Assembly (NCBI GenBank): GCA_900088475.1
Contig: FLMG01003693.1
Location: 1-57,970, forward strand
Direction: 5' to 3'
DNA from: Hyphochytrium catenoides
Lineage: Eukaryota > Protista > Hyphochytriomycota
Length of the DNA: 57,970 nucleotides
Part shown: positions 35,786-47,154 of the stretch, piece after piece
Position numbering within the stretch: position 1 is the first letter of the stretch
How the letters are laid out: every line of letters starts with the position of its first letter
Position numbers and translations under genes: made by a program
The notes under the pieces: generated by a model
Seen by the model: only the letters and a program-made list of their open reading frames with translations
Database searches by the model: none
What the model was told of the DNA's origin: nothing

Positions 35786-37208
35786 CTAGCGCTTTGGCAC
35801 CTTGTCTATCACCTCCCGATACTCGAAGGGCCAGCGGTAGATACAGCGCCCGTGCTCGTTGACCAAAGACTGGCACACCTCATCAGGCTCACCTAGGAGA
35901 TGCATTAGATAAATCTTACGGCCTCGGTTGGGTTAAGAGAACGCTCCCACCTCGCCTTAAGCAGCTCTCCCATTGCCGGAAAAGGTTACCACACCGTCTA
36001 CTGCGGTAGTACTGGCACATTCGGCATCCTGTCTTATCGTCAATCATGCACTCGTGTCGCCTATCATCATAACTGAACAAAGGTCGTGGAAGTAGCATAG
36101 TTCATAAGCTTCGACAGGAACCATAACAACGCTCTCAGCCAACGGTAACTCACTGTGAAGCTGCGCATAATGTTCCGGAGAGGCGGTAACCCTCAGCGCT
36201 TATCCGCTTCGCTACAGTGGGCAAGAAGAGATATTTTGAGACGTGCCCTTTCTCTGGAGGCAAGGAAAAGAGAACGAAGTCCTACCAGCGGCAGCGCCTT
36301 CATTGGTTTCCGATATCTTTTTCGCAGCACATTTCAAGGCTTCAATGTTACGTTGCATGGATATCTCGTGGGAAGAAACAAACAAAAGCCCCAGCTGGCG
36401 TTCAGGGGACTCAAGCTTAAGCGCTGCCTTCGTATCCTCGGGCAGTTCAACCTCAGTGACAAACTGTCTAATGCAACCAGCCAGAATATAGGACAAAGCT
36501 CTTGGTCAGCAAAAGGTTGACGAGCGGCGGAGGAGCACCCCACATCCGGAAGGATCATGACGACGTGTACCCTACCACTTGAAGCTTTCCTTCGTCAAGA
36601 ACTCCAGTCACTCGCAACTGTACGCTTTGTCCAAGAATGGACTCTAGACGTCTTAACCTCTCCTACAAACCTGTCTGTCAAATGAGAAAGGTCAAGGTCG
36701 GTAGTAACAGTCATCACTCCCACCTTGCTCTTTACAGTTTGCAGGTATATGTAGGGTGCTGGCGCCTTGTGGGTGTCTGATTCTGGCAGATATTGCCGCC
36801 GGAGAGACTCAAACTCAGACAGAGACTTCTTGTCAATAAATATCCCGACGAAGTTAGCCTCCTCTCCAAGTACTTCCCAGTGTGAGGTTGTTCAGATTAT
36901 TGTTCAGATTAGTGAGGGACGGGCTAGAGCATAGTGTATCCAGTTCTTTTACCCTGGGAAACTGGAGAAGCTCCTTTCGCCTTGATCTCGCGGCTATGGG
37001 TTGTTTGCTGAACGTCTTCACGCGAGCTAATCCCCGTCGAAGGTCGTACAGGCATCTCCTGAGCGCGTTTACGGTCAGTCTCGCCGGAGCCGTTATCAGC
37101 GGCTGCAAGACACAAGGATGATGACAGAGGGCTATTAATAAGACTGGCAAAGACCACCGCAGCTCCGCATATCGCAAAGGCCCATCTTGGGCGTCCTGCT
37201 TGGGACAT
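35786..37208 (-). CDS. Protein with N-terminal hydrophobic leader, central alpha/beta region and C-terminal GCK (twin CX9C-like) domain
   Basis: Exons join in frame: MSQAGRPRWAFAICGAAVVFASLI...FVGIFIDKKSLSEF...ILGQSVQLRVTGVLDEGKLQV-FVTEVELP...GYRLSGTLCAASH-YDDRRHEC...CRMCQYYRSRRCGNLFRQWESCLRR-GEPDEVCQSLVNEHGRCIYRWP. Confidence 0.65.
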
Positions 37209-37627
37209 TATGGTCCGCTAAACACTGTGCCACCACTATACTGCACACCACCACATGCAGCAGGACAATGACTGACGATACAAAGCTTGGCCTAGAAGAA
37301 AAAGCTGAGAGTCTCAATAATTAAGCGGGGCGGACTGTGATCTGGTCTAGAAGAGCATCTTGATACAACGTGATGCATTCCTATTATGAAAGCCGTTAGC
37401 ACCTCCGTCACAGCTGTCTTCAAGAGGGACACTCCGTATTTCATACTAGTAAATTTGTGTGAACTACAAATCAGTCTCGTAAGGCAGACAGCAGACATAG
37501 CCGGCGGCAGTCAAGGAGGACACCACCGACTCTTAGACGGTGGCGATGTTGGCGACTGCTTTATAATCAAGATAAAGTAGTACTGGGCATGTTGGGACAC
37601 GCCCCGGAACCCCATCATTTTGACTGA

Positions 37628-37998
37628 ATGGCGTCACCTTCAGGATCACAATGGAGAGCACCCTACCTCGCTAGCCGTCAATTGTAGGGACATGATGAAT
37701 ACCTGCCACCACCCAAACAACGGCCATCGCCGCCTATCTTCAACATGCTTAGAAACAGGATAAAAGTGAGGACGGTTCGAATCCTTTACCTTCAATGGAC
37801 GTGGCACTAGAAATTAAACGAGCAAGCAGGAGCGGACCGCGAAATCGCGACAGAGCAGAGCTGCAATACTTTATCAAGCAAGGGTTTGAGGTGGTGAGCT
37901 TTGGGAGAAGGTGACGGGAGGCGTATAATTTTTGCATTCAGATCATTAAAATGGGCGGAGGCCGGATGTTCGTGAGGCTCACACTTTCCTCTATGTAG
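37628..37998 (+). CDS. Possible small multi-exon gene
   Basis: Open segment KQDKSEDGSNPLPSMDVALEIKRASRSGPRNRDRAELQYFIKQGFE bounded by AG/GT. No homology recognised. Confidence 0.25.
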
Positions 37999-38161
37999 CA
38001 TGGGACGAACATCACGCACTTGCTTGCTGAAGAGTTTCTGACTAAGTAGTAATAAGGAGAGTAGCAGCCTGTTTGAGATGGAGATGGGTAAAACTTCCGT
38101 AAGTCCACCAGGCCTCCTCTAACCCGACATGCTTCTTAAGACTGTGAGGAGGACTTCAAGT

Positions 38162-38575
38162 CTACTCGTCACCTAGCCGAAAGCCCATTGGTAGTAAGTC
38201 TCTTATGGTAAGGTCTTTGTCAACGCCGTCAATGTAAATCGTTGCATCTGGGGCCAGGTCGGAGATCCACTGAAGGCAAGCGCCGCAGATGGTTCGCTGA
38301 TGCGCCGGTGCATCGGCAGGAACATCAATGCATGCCACGGCAAGATGTGTGATGGGTCCTGCACCATCTGCAATTGCTGCTGAAAGAGCTGACCGTTCGG
38401 CGCAAAGGGTCAGCCCGTAGCTAGAGATCTCAACGTTGACCCCGCGGTAGATCTTCCCGTTGGCGTCTTGCAATGCACAGCCTACATGGAAGTTGGAGTA
38501 TGGGCAGTAGGCCCTCTTGGCTGCGAGTTCCCTAGCGATAATAAGAAGCTCGTCTCTAATATTGCTGGAGGACAT
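38162..38575 (-). CDS. CDA: Cytidine deaminase, homotetrameric (three-Cys Zn) type; intronless
   Basis: AYCPYSNFHVGCAL, GVNVE, LCAERSA, ICGACLQ, DLLPMGF. Confidence 0.93.
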   Translation of the reverse strand: MSSSNIRDELLIIARELAAKRAYCPYSNFHVGCALQDANGKIYRGVNVEISSYGLTLCAERSALSAAIADGAGPITHLAVACIDVPADAPAHQRTICGACLQWISDLAPDATIYIDGVDKDLTIRDLLPMGFRLGDE

Positions 38576-39447
38576 TTTGTATGGAAGGAGCGCGGAATAC
38601 TGACAGCTAGGCTTTCTTCTTGAAAGGTGGACAGAGAACCAGGGCTTAGATCTTGCTGTCTAACTGGTCGGGTTGATGAGGTGGGGACTTTCTCTTCTTG
38701 AGGAGTGATGATAATGTTGAGACGAGGACATGGCAGAGTTCAAAGGAGCCCGGACCTTGTGCTGGGCAACCTGAATGGACTGGATAAGAGTCCCAAGTAC
38801 CATCCGGTGTCAGCGCAGCGTGACAGAGCAGCATGCCGCTAGCCTTTCCTTCCTTGTCAAGCTGCGTCTCTGTCCCTCCAAGGAAAGAGAGCACTATCAT
38901 CGGCTATATCATTGATCCTGTCCGTCATAGGTGCCCTACATCAAGTTGCTTGATGTCCAACCTTTCGAAGTCTGCACAACATGTTGACCTCTAGGAAGCA
39001 GTTGGCGTTAGCGGCTATTATTAGTTCTGAAGGCGCATAGACATCTGCCTCTATGAAGGATATGTAGTAGGGTACCATGCGGATTCTGAACGCTGCATGC
39101 CTTCTGATGACGTGTGTGTCGAGTACAAACTATTCTGTACAGCGCCGTACAGTAGTTCTATGGAGCAGTCAGAACTCACAACTTTGGGGAAAGCTGTCAG
39201 ATTCTGATCCATCAACTTCCTCACCACTCTGGTGAGAAACTTCATCGATCTGTTGAAGAGTTAGCTCCTCGCTCCACCTCCTGTGGCTGGAAGTTCCTAT
39301 TCTGACTGCTAAAGGCTTAGCTGAGCTGCCATAGGAATCTCCAGGCTAGGTTCCACCAATGTCGTCGAACTATTGAGGACGCTGAGCGACACAGGAGCTA
39401 TCATAATACCAGCCTCTTCGAAGACGGTGACTCAAACTGTCGACGAC

Positions 39448-41364
39448 ATGAACACGGAACAGGAACCCGGTGGCATGCGTCCAGAAGGTCCTCGGACTTA
39501 CGACCCAGTGCCAGCGGTTATCGAATGGTTCCTTGCAAATGGCGGAAAGCTCCAGGGGTTGGAGGTTATCCACGCATCGGCCGAGGAAGGTCATGTAGTT
39601 AGAGTGACAGAGGATATTCTTCAAGGTGCCTGTTTCATTCAACGATGGCTCTCCACCTCTATTTGCCTCACGGACCATCCACTATGCCGCTCATATAGGG
39701 ACAATCTTGCTAGCCGTGCCTTTTCGGCTCATGATGTCCAAAGACAAAGCAGAAAATGAGCCCCTTATGGCTAAGGTCGTGGCCTCTCTCCCTCCAAATA
39801 CGCTTGAAGATGACATTTTGGCCCTGCTCTTACTGTACGAAAGATCGAAGGCAGCTGCCTCGTTCTGGAACCCTTATATCAGGTAATGCAACACCTCTTG
39901 AAGCTCGGCCGATTGACCTTTGTAGTACTCAGCAAAACCATAACCGTGACTGGCAGGAGCCTACCAGCTGAGTTCGACCTTCCCATATTTTGGGATGAGA
40001 CAGATTATGCTCTTTTAGAGGAAACTCAAGTCCATCTGCTGACCAGTAAGCCACCTTATCATCCATTATATTATCGTCGGAGGCTACTGGTCGTCTTATA
40101 GGTCTCCCTTCACCTCTGACCGTTCCCGCCAGAGATGATGAAGGCGCAGATGGAGAAGGACTATCAACATCTAGTAATTCCAGCATTCCAGACGTTGTGC
40201 CCCGATCATGTGAGCCTGTGGGGGATTGAAAGCCGTGCAAGGGCTTGTCATGTCTAATGTAACACAGCAGATCCCTTCGTATAGCGATTACCTTTGGGCC
40301 ATGTCTGTCATTTGGAGCCGTGCCTTCGGGCTCGAAAGAAATGGGCGATATGTCAGGGCTCTCGCACCTGTAATGGATATGTTCAATCATCACCCGCTTG
40401 CTGGCACCTCTCTAGACGACCATGTACACTTTGAAGAAGATAGCGATGTGAGTGTTCCGGAGTGCTCTTTCAACGTTTGTCAAATTTACATTCTAACGAT
40501 AGCCCAAGGCCTTGCTAGCAGTCACCAATGCTTCCCAAGAACAGGGTAGCATCCTTAACATCAATTATGGCCCCTATCCTAATGCGAAGCTACTATACTC
40601 GTATGGCTTCACCATAGAAGGTAAGGAAAGGCGCAATATGTTATTCAACATAGCACCGTGATACTGACCCAAGGGAAAGGTAATCCTCATAGAGGCGTCG
40701 AGTTTTGGCTGCGTTTACCTCCCACAGACCCTTACAGAACGGCCAAGGAGGATCTCCTAAAGTCCTTAGGAGCAACTTATCAAAACTTTGACCTAAAGGG
40801 GACCATTCGTGGAGGTAAAGCCCATCCTATCGCGACGCTCTTGGTGCTCACTAACGTGATATCGGAGTGCAGACAGTCTTTTAGATAGCTTGATGATTGC
40901 GCTTCGAGTGCAATGTATGAATATTGAAGAATTTCCTCTCGTCACCAGGGTAGGTGAACAGCCCAGCGGCAGCCGCTGTGTACTTACCCTTTTCTGTGCA
41001 GCTAAATGAGAGGAGACCACTATCAGTGAGGAACGAGTTAGCGGCATACAAAGTCCTGCAATCAGCACTTCAATCGAAGGTAGCCAAGTACCCCTCGAGG
41101 TAAAGCAGCATAATGATTGTACTGTTACTTTGTGAAAGAATTACTTGTCGTCTAACGTTTCTGTATTCCTGCGGTAGTATTGCCGACGACCTGAAGCTCT
41201 TGAGAGCTACGGACCTCACCCGACGACAAAGAAGCGCAATATTAGTTCGCCTGGAAGATAAAATGGTTTTGACACAGATGGTATCTACACTGTCCACCTG
41301 GATCCGGAGGATAGAAGTAGAGGGTCTGACGGAAGATGTCCCAAGAGTGTTCTCCTATCCCTAA
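39448..41364 (+). CDS. SET-domain methyltransferase, SETD3/Rubisco-LSMT family (intron-rich)
   Basis: LALLLLYERS...SFWNPYIRSLP, YLWAMSVIWSRAF, LAPVMDMFNH, INYGPYPNAKLLYSYGF, C-terminal SIADDLKLL...AILVRLEDKMVL (substrate-binding domain). Confidence 0.88.
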
Positions 41365-42530
41365 GTGTCGCGATAAAAGGCTCCTGCGAAGTGTGAATTG
41401 CGAGGATGCAGGTTCGTCAACGACGCACTATCGATTATCTGACACCGATATTTTAGCTTTCCTGACCTTTCAGGATCACGCTTGGTTGAAGGTATCACTA
41501 TGTAGCTTATGAGGCTTGGGACCGTACACGTTATAGGTTTGACGCGATCAAGAGGAGGAACAAGGAGGGACAGACGAGGAGACTTTGTCTTTTGGACTTC
41601 CAGTGAGGCTGACAGGCGTACACGGGAATGAGGCAAGCTTCAAGGGCCTTCAACAGCAGTGAAGAGTTATCATAGGCGGATGGAGAGAGCGATGCAGGAG
41701 GCGGGAACAGGCCAAAGTGAAGTGAGGCGAGGGAGAGAGGATGATGATGGTGGAGAGACAGGCGATAGAAAGAGAGCAGAGAGAGAGACGAGGAACCCGA
41801 ATTCTCAACAGATTGGTTACGTTGGTTTCGGGGGTGGGTGGGCCCGCAGTTCGCAGCAGATTACAAGGTTCATAAGAATGCCAAATACCCACGAAAAAGT
41901 ACACTGCGAATCGCTACTTCTCTCAATCTGCCGTGGTTTATCTGCTGGTTTGGACTTGAGCGGGCCCATCCGCGCCTTGGCCTGCCTCGAAAGGCCGTTA
42001 CACTTTATTGCGATGATTGGCCGGATCGATCAGGCAGAGGACAGACAGCAAGCCAGGGCAGCCTTAGAGCAGGAACAGAGCTAAAAGGTTAGGGCAATGC
42101 AAGCGAAGAGTTCACATCCGCGTACCCACACTTCCTTCCGCCTCCAGAGTGGGGTTTCGTAGGAGATGGCGCTGTTGAAGGAACAGCAACCAAGCTCCTT
42201 TCTGGCAATAACTGATCACCTTTTCTGCTCGTCACATAGTAAGTGAGAGAAAGCATACAGGCTATATTGCGCGGCGGCGGACGGCAGCAGAAGAAGAATT
42301 TTAGCATACATATGCCGGAATTGGTAAGCTAGAGCTTCTGGCTGCAAGTTGAGGTTGCCTCCTGTAGCTTTCTGGACGACTAGCTTCATATGTATCCATA
42401 ATCACATCGTGAGAAGAGCTTCCGGCCGCTCCACTTACCACTGTATACACCGGGCGGCGACTGGCAAACAGCTCGCCTTAAAAGTGTCCTTGCATTGAGA
42501 TCTCGGCGCTGAGCAGGGAAGGTCGCAGCA

Positions 42531-43656
42531 ATGGGAAGGAAGAAGATCAAGATTGAGCGCATTGAAGATGACCGTAACCGCCAGGTATTAGAGCTGCTTG
42601 CTTAGAAAGCAGCATAGACCCGCCCTTTATAACCCGACATTTACACAGGTCACCTTCGTGAAGAGAAAGAACGGACTATTTAAGAAGGCGATGGAGCTTT
42701 CCAAGCTTTGTGACTGCGAGATCGCCCTCATCGTGTTTGACGCCAATGACAAGCTCTATCAGTATAGTAGCAGCAGCGTAGACCAGATCCTCCTAAAGTA
42801 TACTGAGTACGGAGAGCCTCATGAGCAAAAGGACAATGCCGATGTGAGTACCATTCCTTTAGGCATGGCTCCTCCAGTACTTAAGATGCGGCTTCCATTT
42901 TTGCCTATAGTATGAGATACTCTTTGGTGACAAGTCAGCCAAGCAAGAGGCGGCAAAGATTACGAAGGCCCCTGCCCTGGCTCCACGACCCATTAACACA
43001 GCCGCATCGCCCAGAATTCTTCCGCCACCCTTATCAACCTCTGGCCTCCCTTCGCCAGGCAATTTCCTACTCAGCCCAGGCACCCCATTCGCACTGGATT
43101 CGGTAAATTTGTCTCTAGCATTCTTCGGAAGTCAGACACCCTTTGTTGACTTGCCCCTCTTCTCAAATAGAATGGTAAGAGTCGCGGAGGACGATCGTTA
43201 ATGCCTCCCGGAATGCTTCAAACAGGAATGCTGTTCCCAACCTCGGTAAGCAAAGGACTTCTCCATTATAGCTTCTCGGCCCGAACTCACTGCCAAACCC
43301 GTGCTATCTGTCCCATGGGCATCGTGGTCGTCTCCAGATGGGCCTCCTCAGTCCATGTCTCTCGTCTGGTTCGTTGCCTCTACCTAGTCCCAGCACTTTT
43401 GCCAGTCATGCTTTTAGCTCGTTAGGAAATGTTAGCGGTAGCTCCTCAAGTGACAGTTTTCAGACTGTAGACTGTTCTGCTGGTAAGTAGCTTCAACTCC
43501 TCCAAGCCATTAGCAAGTGCTTACTACCTTACTGCTTTCCTTCCTCTAATTCGATCAGCCAAAAGAAAAATCTATAAGCAAACGGCTGTAGCTCAATCAT
43601 CATTAGACGGTTCTCCAGAGAGAATGACAGGGAAGAGACCTCGGACGGCAGCATGA
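42531..43656 (+). CDS. MEF2-type (type II) MADS-box transcription factor
   Basis: [18 protein letters not shown]|[30 protein letters not shown]...[19 protein letters not shown], followed by a Pro/Ser-rich tail. Confidence 0.93.
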
Positions 43657-43899
43657 AGTACAAGCTTTCAAGGGGTCAGGGACGGTTTGGTTCTGCCGTC
43701 GCGTTAGTCTTATAACTCTCAGAGCCAGCCATAGCCATAGCCATGACCTAGGAGTCGTAGTGCCTGCAAGTGCTATATAAGCGTTCGCCCAATCTTCTTC
43801 TGACGGTCTTCTTCCCAATATGTCCTGCCCAGAGATCAACTACCACTTCGATGCAATTCGTAAATGATGCGCTACCCTTACAGGGCCACAATCCTCTTC

Positions 43900-44735
43900 T
43901 CACTCGTCTAAGCTCTCAAGCTTCTTGTCCACCTCCTGAATGATGGACTTTAGAGCTTCCCACTGCCCAAGTGTAAGTGAGATTCCTATGCGCAGAGGTT
44001 GGAAAAACTAGTGAGCGGAGGACTAGAGCTTCGCAAAATGCAAGGTCATGGACTGCTCGCAGTCGACAATGGCATATGTGACACCAAGAGTGGTGCCAGA
44101 GGCCAAAAGTCCAGAAGCATGACTCGAACAGGATGACCCTGGAAGAGGACGAACGAGTTTTACCTTTTTTGCCAGGCTTCATCGTCCCATTATCCTCATA
44201 AAACTCTCTTATATCGACCTGCCAAGACAAATTTATAAGGACGAGAACCCTAATATCTGCTTCTTGGTGCTTTCCTAACCTTACCAAGGGCTTTCCGTTA
44301 TACGCTTTGACAGTAACTCTTCGCTTCTTGCTTAGCTGCATGCATGATGAGCAGTAAAGCTGTCACCTAATAACATCGACCATTGGTAGCCGACCTAAAG
44401 ATCGCGGATACCTCGAATGCAAGGCCCTTGCCGCCTTCTACCGAAAATGACTTCACAACTGGCGACTTATTGGAGGAGCTCTCCTCTGAGCGCCGACCTT
44501 CAGGAGAGTAGGCTTCTGCGTCCTCCTGTTGAGTACGTGGCTTCTTTAACATTCGACTAAGACCCTCCTGGCCATCTGTGGGATAGTGTGCGCCTTCTTC
44601 GGCATGTCGGGTATGCCTAGTGCTTTCTTGAGGTTCAGTCTAAAGACACGACAGTGAGCTTTGGTTCATCATATATGCTAGAGAAGCAACGGCAGATAGA
44701 TTTGTTCCGTATTTGACCTTGATCATAGTGGCCAT
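43900..44735 (-). CDS. SUB1: Transcriptional coactivator PC4/Sub1
   Basis: FE|LSKKRRVTVKAYNGKPL|VDIREFYEDNGTMKPGKK|GISLTLGQWEALK. Confidence 0.92.
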
Positions 44736-45737
44736 GCTCTTTCACTGGAGTTCTTTTGGAACTCGGCTGCTGTAAGACAGTGTATCAACGATGAGAGAAG
44801 AATGTCTCATCAAAGAAACAGCTACTGATTCGACGATAGCTCGTCCGAAGATATACCAACAACTTCCTTCGGAGCCGTGTTGAGCACGAGACTCGATCTC
44901 CGCCAGACGCAATCAAACTATTCACTGTGTGAGGGTAGGATTTGCCATAATGCTCATCAGCATAAAGCGCTGCTAATGATAACCTGGACTGTACTCGTAC
45001 TATGAGACTTTTCTCTTCTTCTGCCGGACGCAGTTCTTCCGTGATTGAAGTTCTGAATTCTGAAGAAGTGTGATTCGTGATTCGTTTCGTATTTCGTGTC
45101 AGTAATGTAGTTCTATACTGTAGGAATTCGTACAGCAGAAAACACAGCATTGGAAGGTTCTACAGTACTGTACGAGTACATGGTCAATGTTTAGTTAGAA
45201 CGGGAAACAGAGACAACACTACATTTGATCCCTCCCATACAGTAGTTCTCAATAGCTTTTTATAAAAATGTCTCTGATCTCTGACTGATCATGGCCTTCA
45301 CTGAGTTGTGTCCTTCATCTGTTTCCCCGTTGCTCGTGGTGACGCATTCTTTCCTGCACTCACTGAGTGTCGCTGGCACGGTGGCGTTATCGTGTCTCTT
45401 CCTTCTTCCTCCAAATGGGGACATTCTCAGCCCAATCAGCCTTTCCATAATAGAAAATCATCATAGTTCGCCAGTTAAAAGTCTGGACAGCCGATCCATC
45501 ATTAGTCTAGTAAAGTTGCATCTGTCACGCTTTATGAATCATTCAATGAGGCAGCAAGAAAAGTTTCTGTCTTATACTAGCTAGAGTCCTCTGATAAAAT
45601 ATATGAAAGCCGTCCAAAGCCACTTTTGGAGTACTGGAGCGCTACGGGTGAGAGTGCAAGGCAGAGATGATGAACCACAATCCTGCCAAGAGAGAGGCAA
45701 CTATCTAAAAGACTCCATAAGTCATACTGTACATAAA

Positions 45738-46483
45738 CTATTGAGATCCAGTCTTTCGGGCTCGCTTCCGAAGCTCATTCTGAAGGTCATCTTCAAAACT
45801 GCCATCATCATCTTGGAGGGCCACCGCCGTCTTATTGAGTGAAGAGGGTGGAACCTTTGGGGCTTTGGATTGTTGTTTGCTCCCGTCCTCCATTCTGAAC
45901 TTCTTCTCAGGCATTATTCCCTTCTGTTCAGCCAACTGCTGCTCTTCCTCTCCATCGGTCTCATCTCCACTGCTGTCATCTTCCGCAGGCCCCTTCCCGG
46001 CAGTTCTATGAGTTCCATCGGCGACCTTCAACTGCTTTGAAGCCCTTGCTCGAGCGGCCTTCTTTTTCTTCCTCTTGTCTGCCCGTTTTCTGGTCCGTTC
46101 CTCCGCCTCCATTTGATTAAGTTTTCTTCGCTCATCTAGAAGCTCTTGTTCTGTCTTCTGCTTGTATTCCTGCTCCATACGCTCGATCCTAAATATCTCT
46201 CTAGAAGAAGACGATTTTAGCCGACTTTAGGTTTGGGAAAACAACAGAGATGGCTGGGCAAGGCTTACTTTCTCCTGGCAGCACGGTACATGTGAAATTC
46301 CCCACTACCTGCTCCTGCAGAACTTCCGGAGACATTCTCCACTTTTTGGACTTTAAAGCCTGCAACAGGCTTTTCGGGATCTGCAGCATTCCTCCCTCCC
46401 GTAGCTTGATCATACGGTATCCGAGGCGCGACCCCACGCTCACTATTATCAGTGTAGGTCTGTACAGTCGTATATCGCCCCAT
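45738..46483 (-). CDS. PRKRIP1: PRKR-interacting protein 1 (DUF1168), spliceosome C* factor
   Basis: VENVSGSSAGAGSGEFHMYRAARR, then RIERME...AEERTRKRADKRKKKK. One intron. Confidence 0.9.
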
Positions 46484-47154
46484 CCTCTACAGCTTGGGGG
46501 CAGCACTGCTTAGCCCTAGTAGTCTGTGTTGGAAAGGTGAGACCAGGGTTGAGTTGGTCTCAATCCAATTGACCACCGCTGACGTTATAACCGAGCTCTT
46601 CGTCGCCAAGCACTTGCAGCCGTCCACAAGCTTCTTCCTGGCCTGTGGTGAAAGGATAGTGGGATTGGACGATAATGCAAGCCTAAAGATCGCGGTTCGG
46701 GGATGATGACGGAAACTCTATACTGTCTGCAGTTGCGTTGGGGAAGAGGGGTTAGCAGAGACTGCAGCCCAAGGTTCAGAAGGACACATTACCACGAGGA
46801 AGCATGGCACACTGCTCTTTCTACAATGACAAGAACTCGTTATTACAATAGCAAAAGCACATCGCTCAGACGTCGAAGGTGAGGTTGTTGCTGGCACAAT
46901 CTCAGCTGAAGCACCGTGTGGAGGAGTTACTAAGAGTTATCATAGAGTAGCCAGGTGATAATCAATACTGAAGATCCCAGACCGGCCGCATTGATTCACT
47001 TTCAAATGTCAAAATGTATGGAGAAATGGGAGAGGCACTACAGTGGTCCAGACAGGGAAAGAAAGAGAGCACAGCGGATTCTGTAGAAAGATGAAGTTCT
47101 AGGAATGATTCTTGCGGCTGACCAGCTCCTTTTACTCTACCCAAACTACCGCCG

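Noticed and set aside
37769-37787. GGTTCGAATCC B-box/T-loop motif
   Set aside because: T-stem pairing is poor and there is no cloverleaf; not a tRNA.
38646-39330. Possible minus-strand gene upstream of CDA
   Set aside because: Splice-like sites are present, but no consistent reading frame could be built.
41659-42092. 141-aa and 84-aa ORFs
   Set aside because: Purine-rich low-complexity sequence with no recognisable domain.
44337-44412. PC4 intron starting GTATCC (U12-like)
   Set aside because: The donor is GTATCCG rather than GTATCCTT, and there is no TCCTTAAC branch site.
44785-45150. 121-aa ORF with TTCGT micro-repeats upstream of PC4
   Set aside because: No homology cues; probably promoter or UTR sequence.
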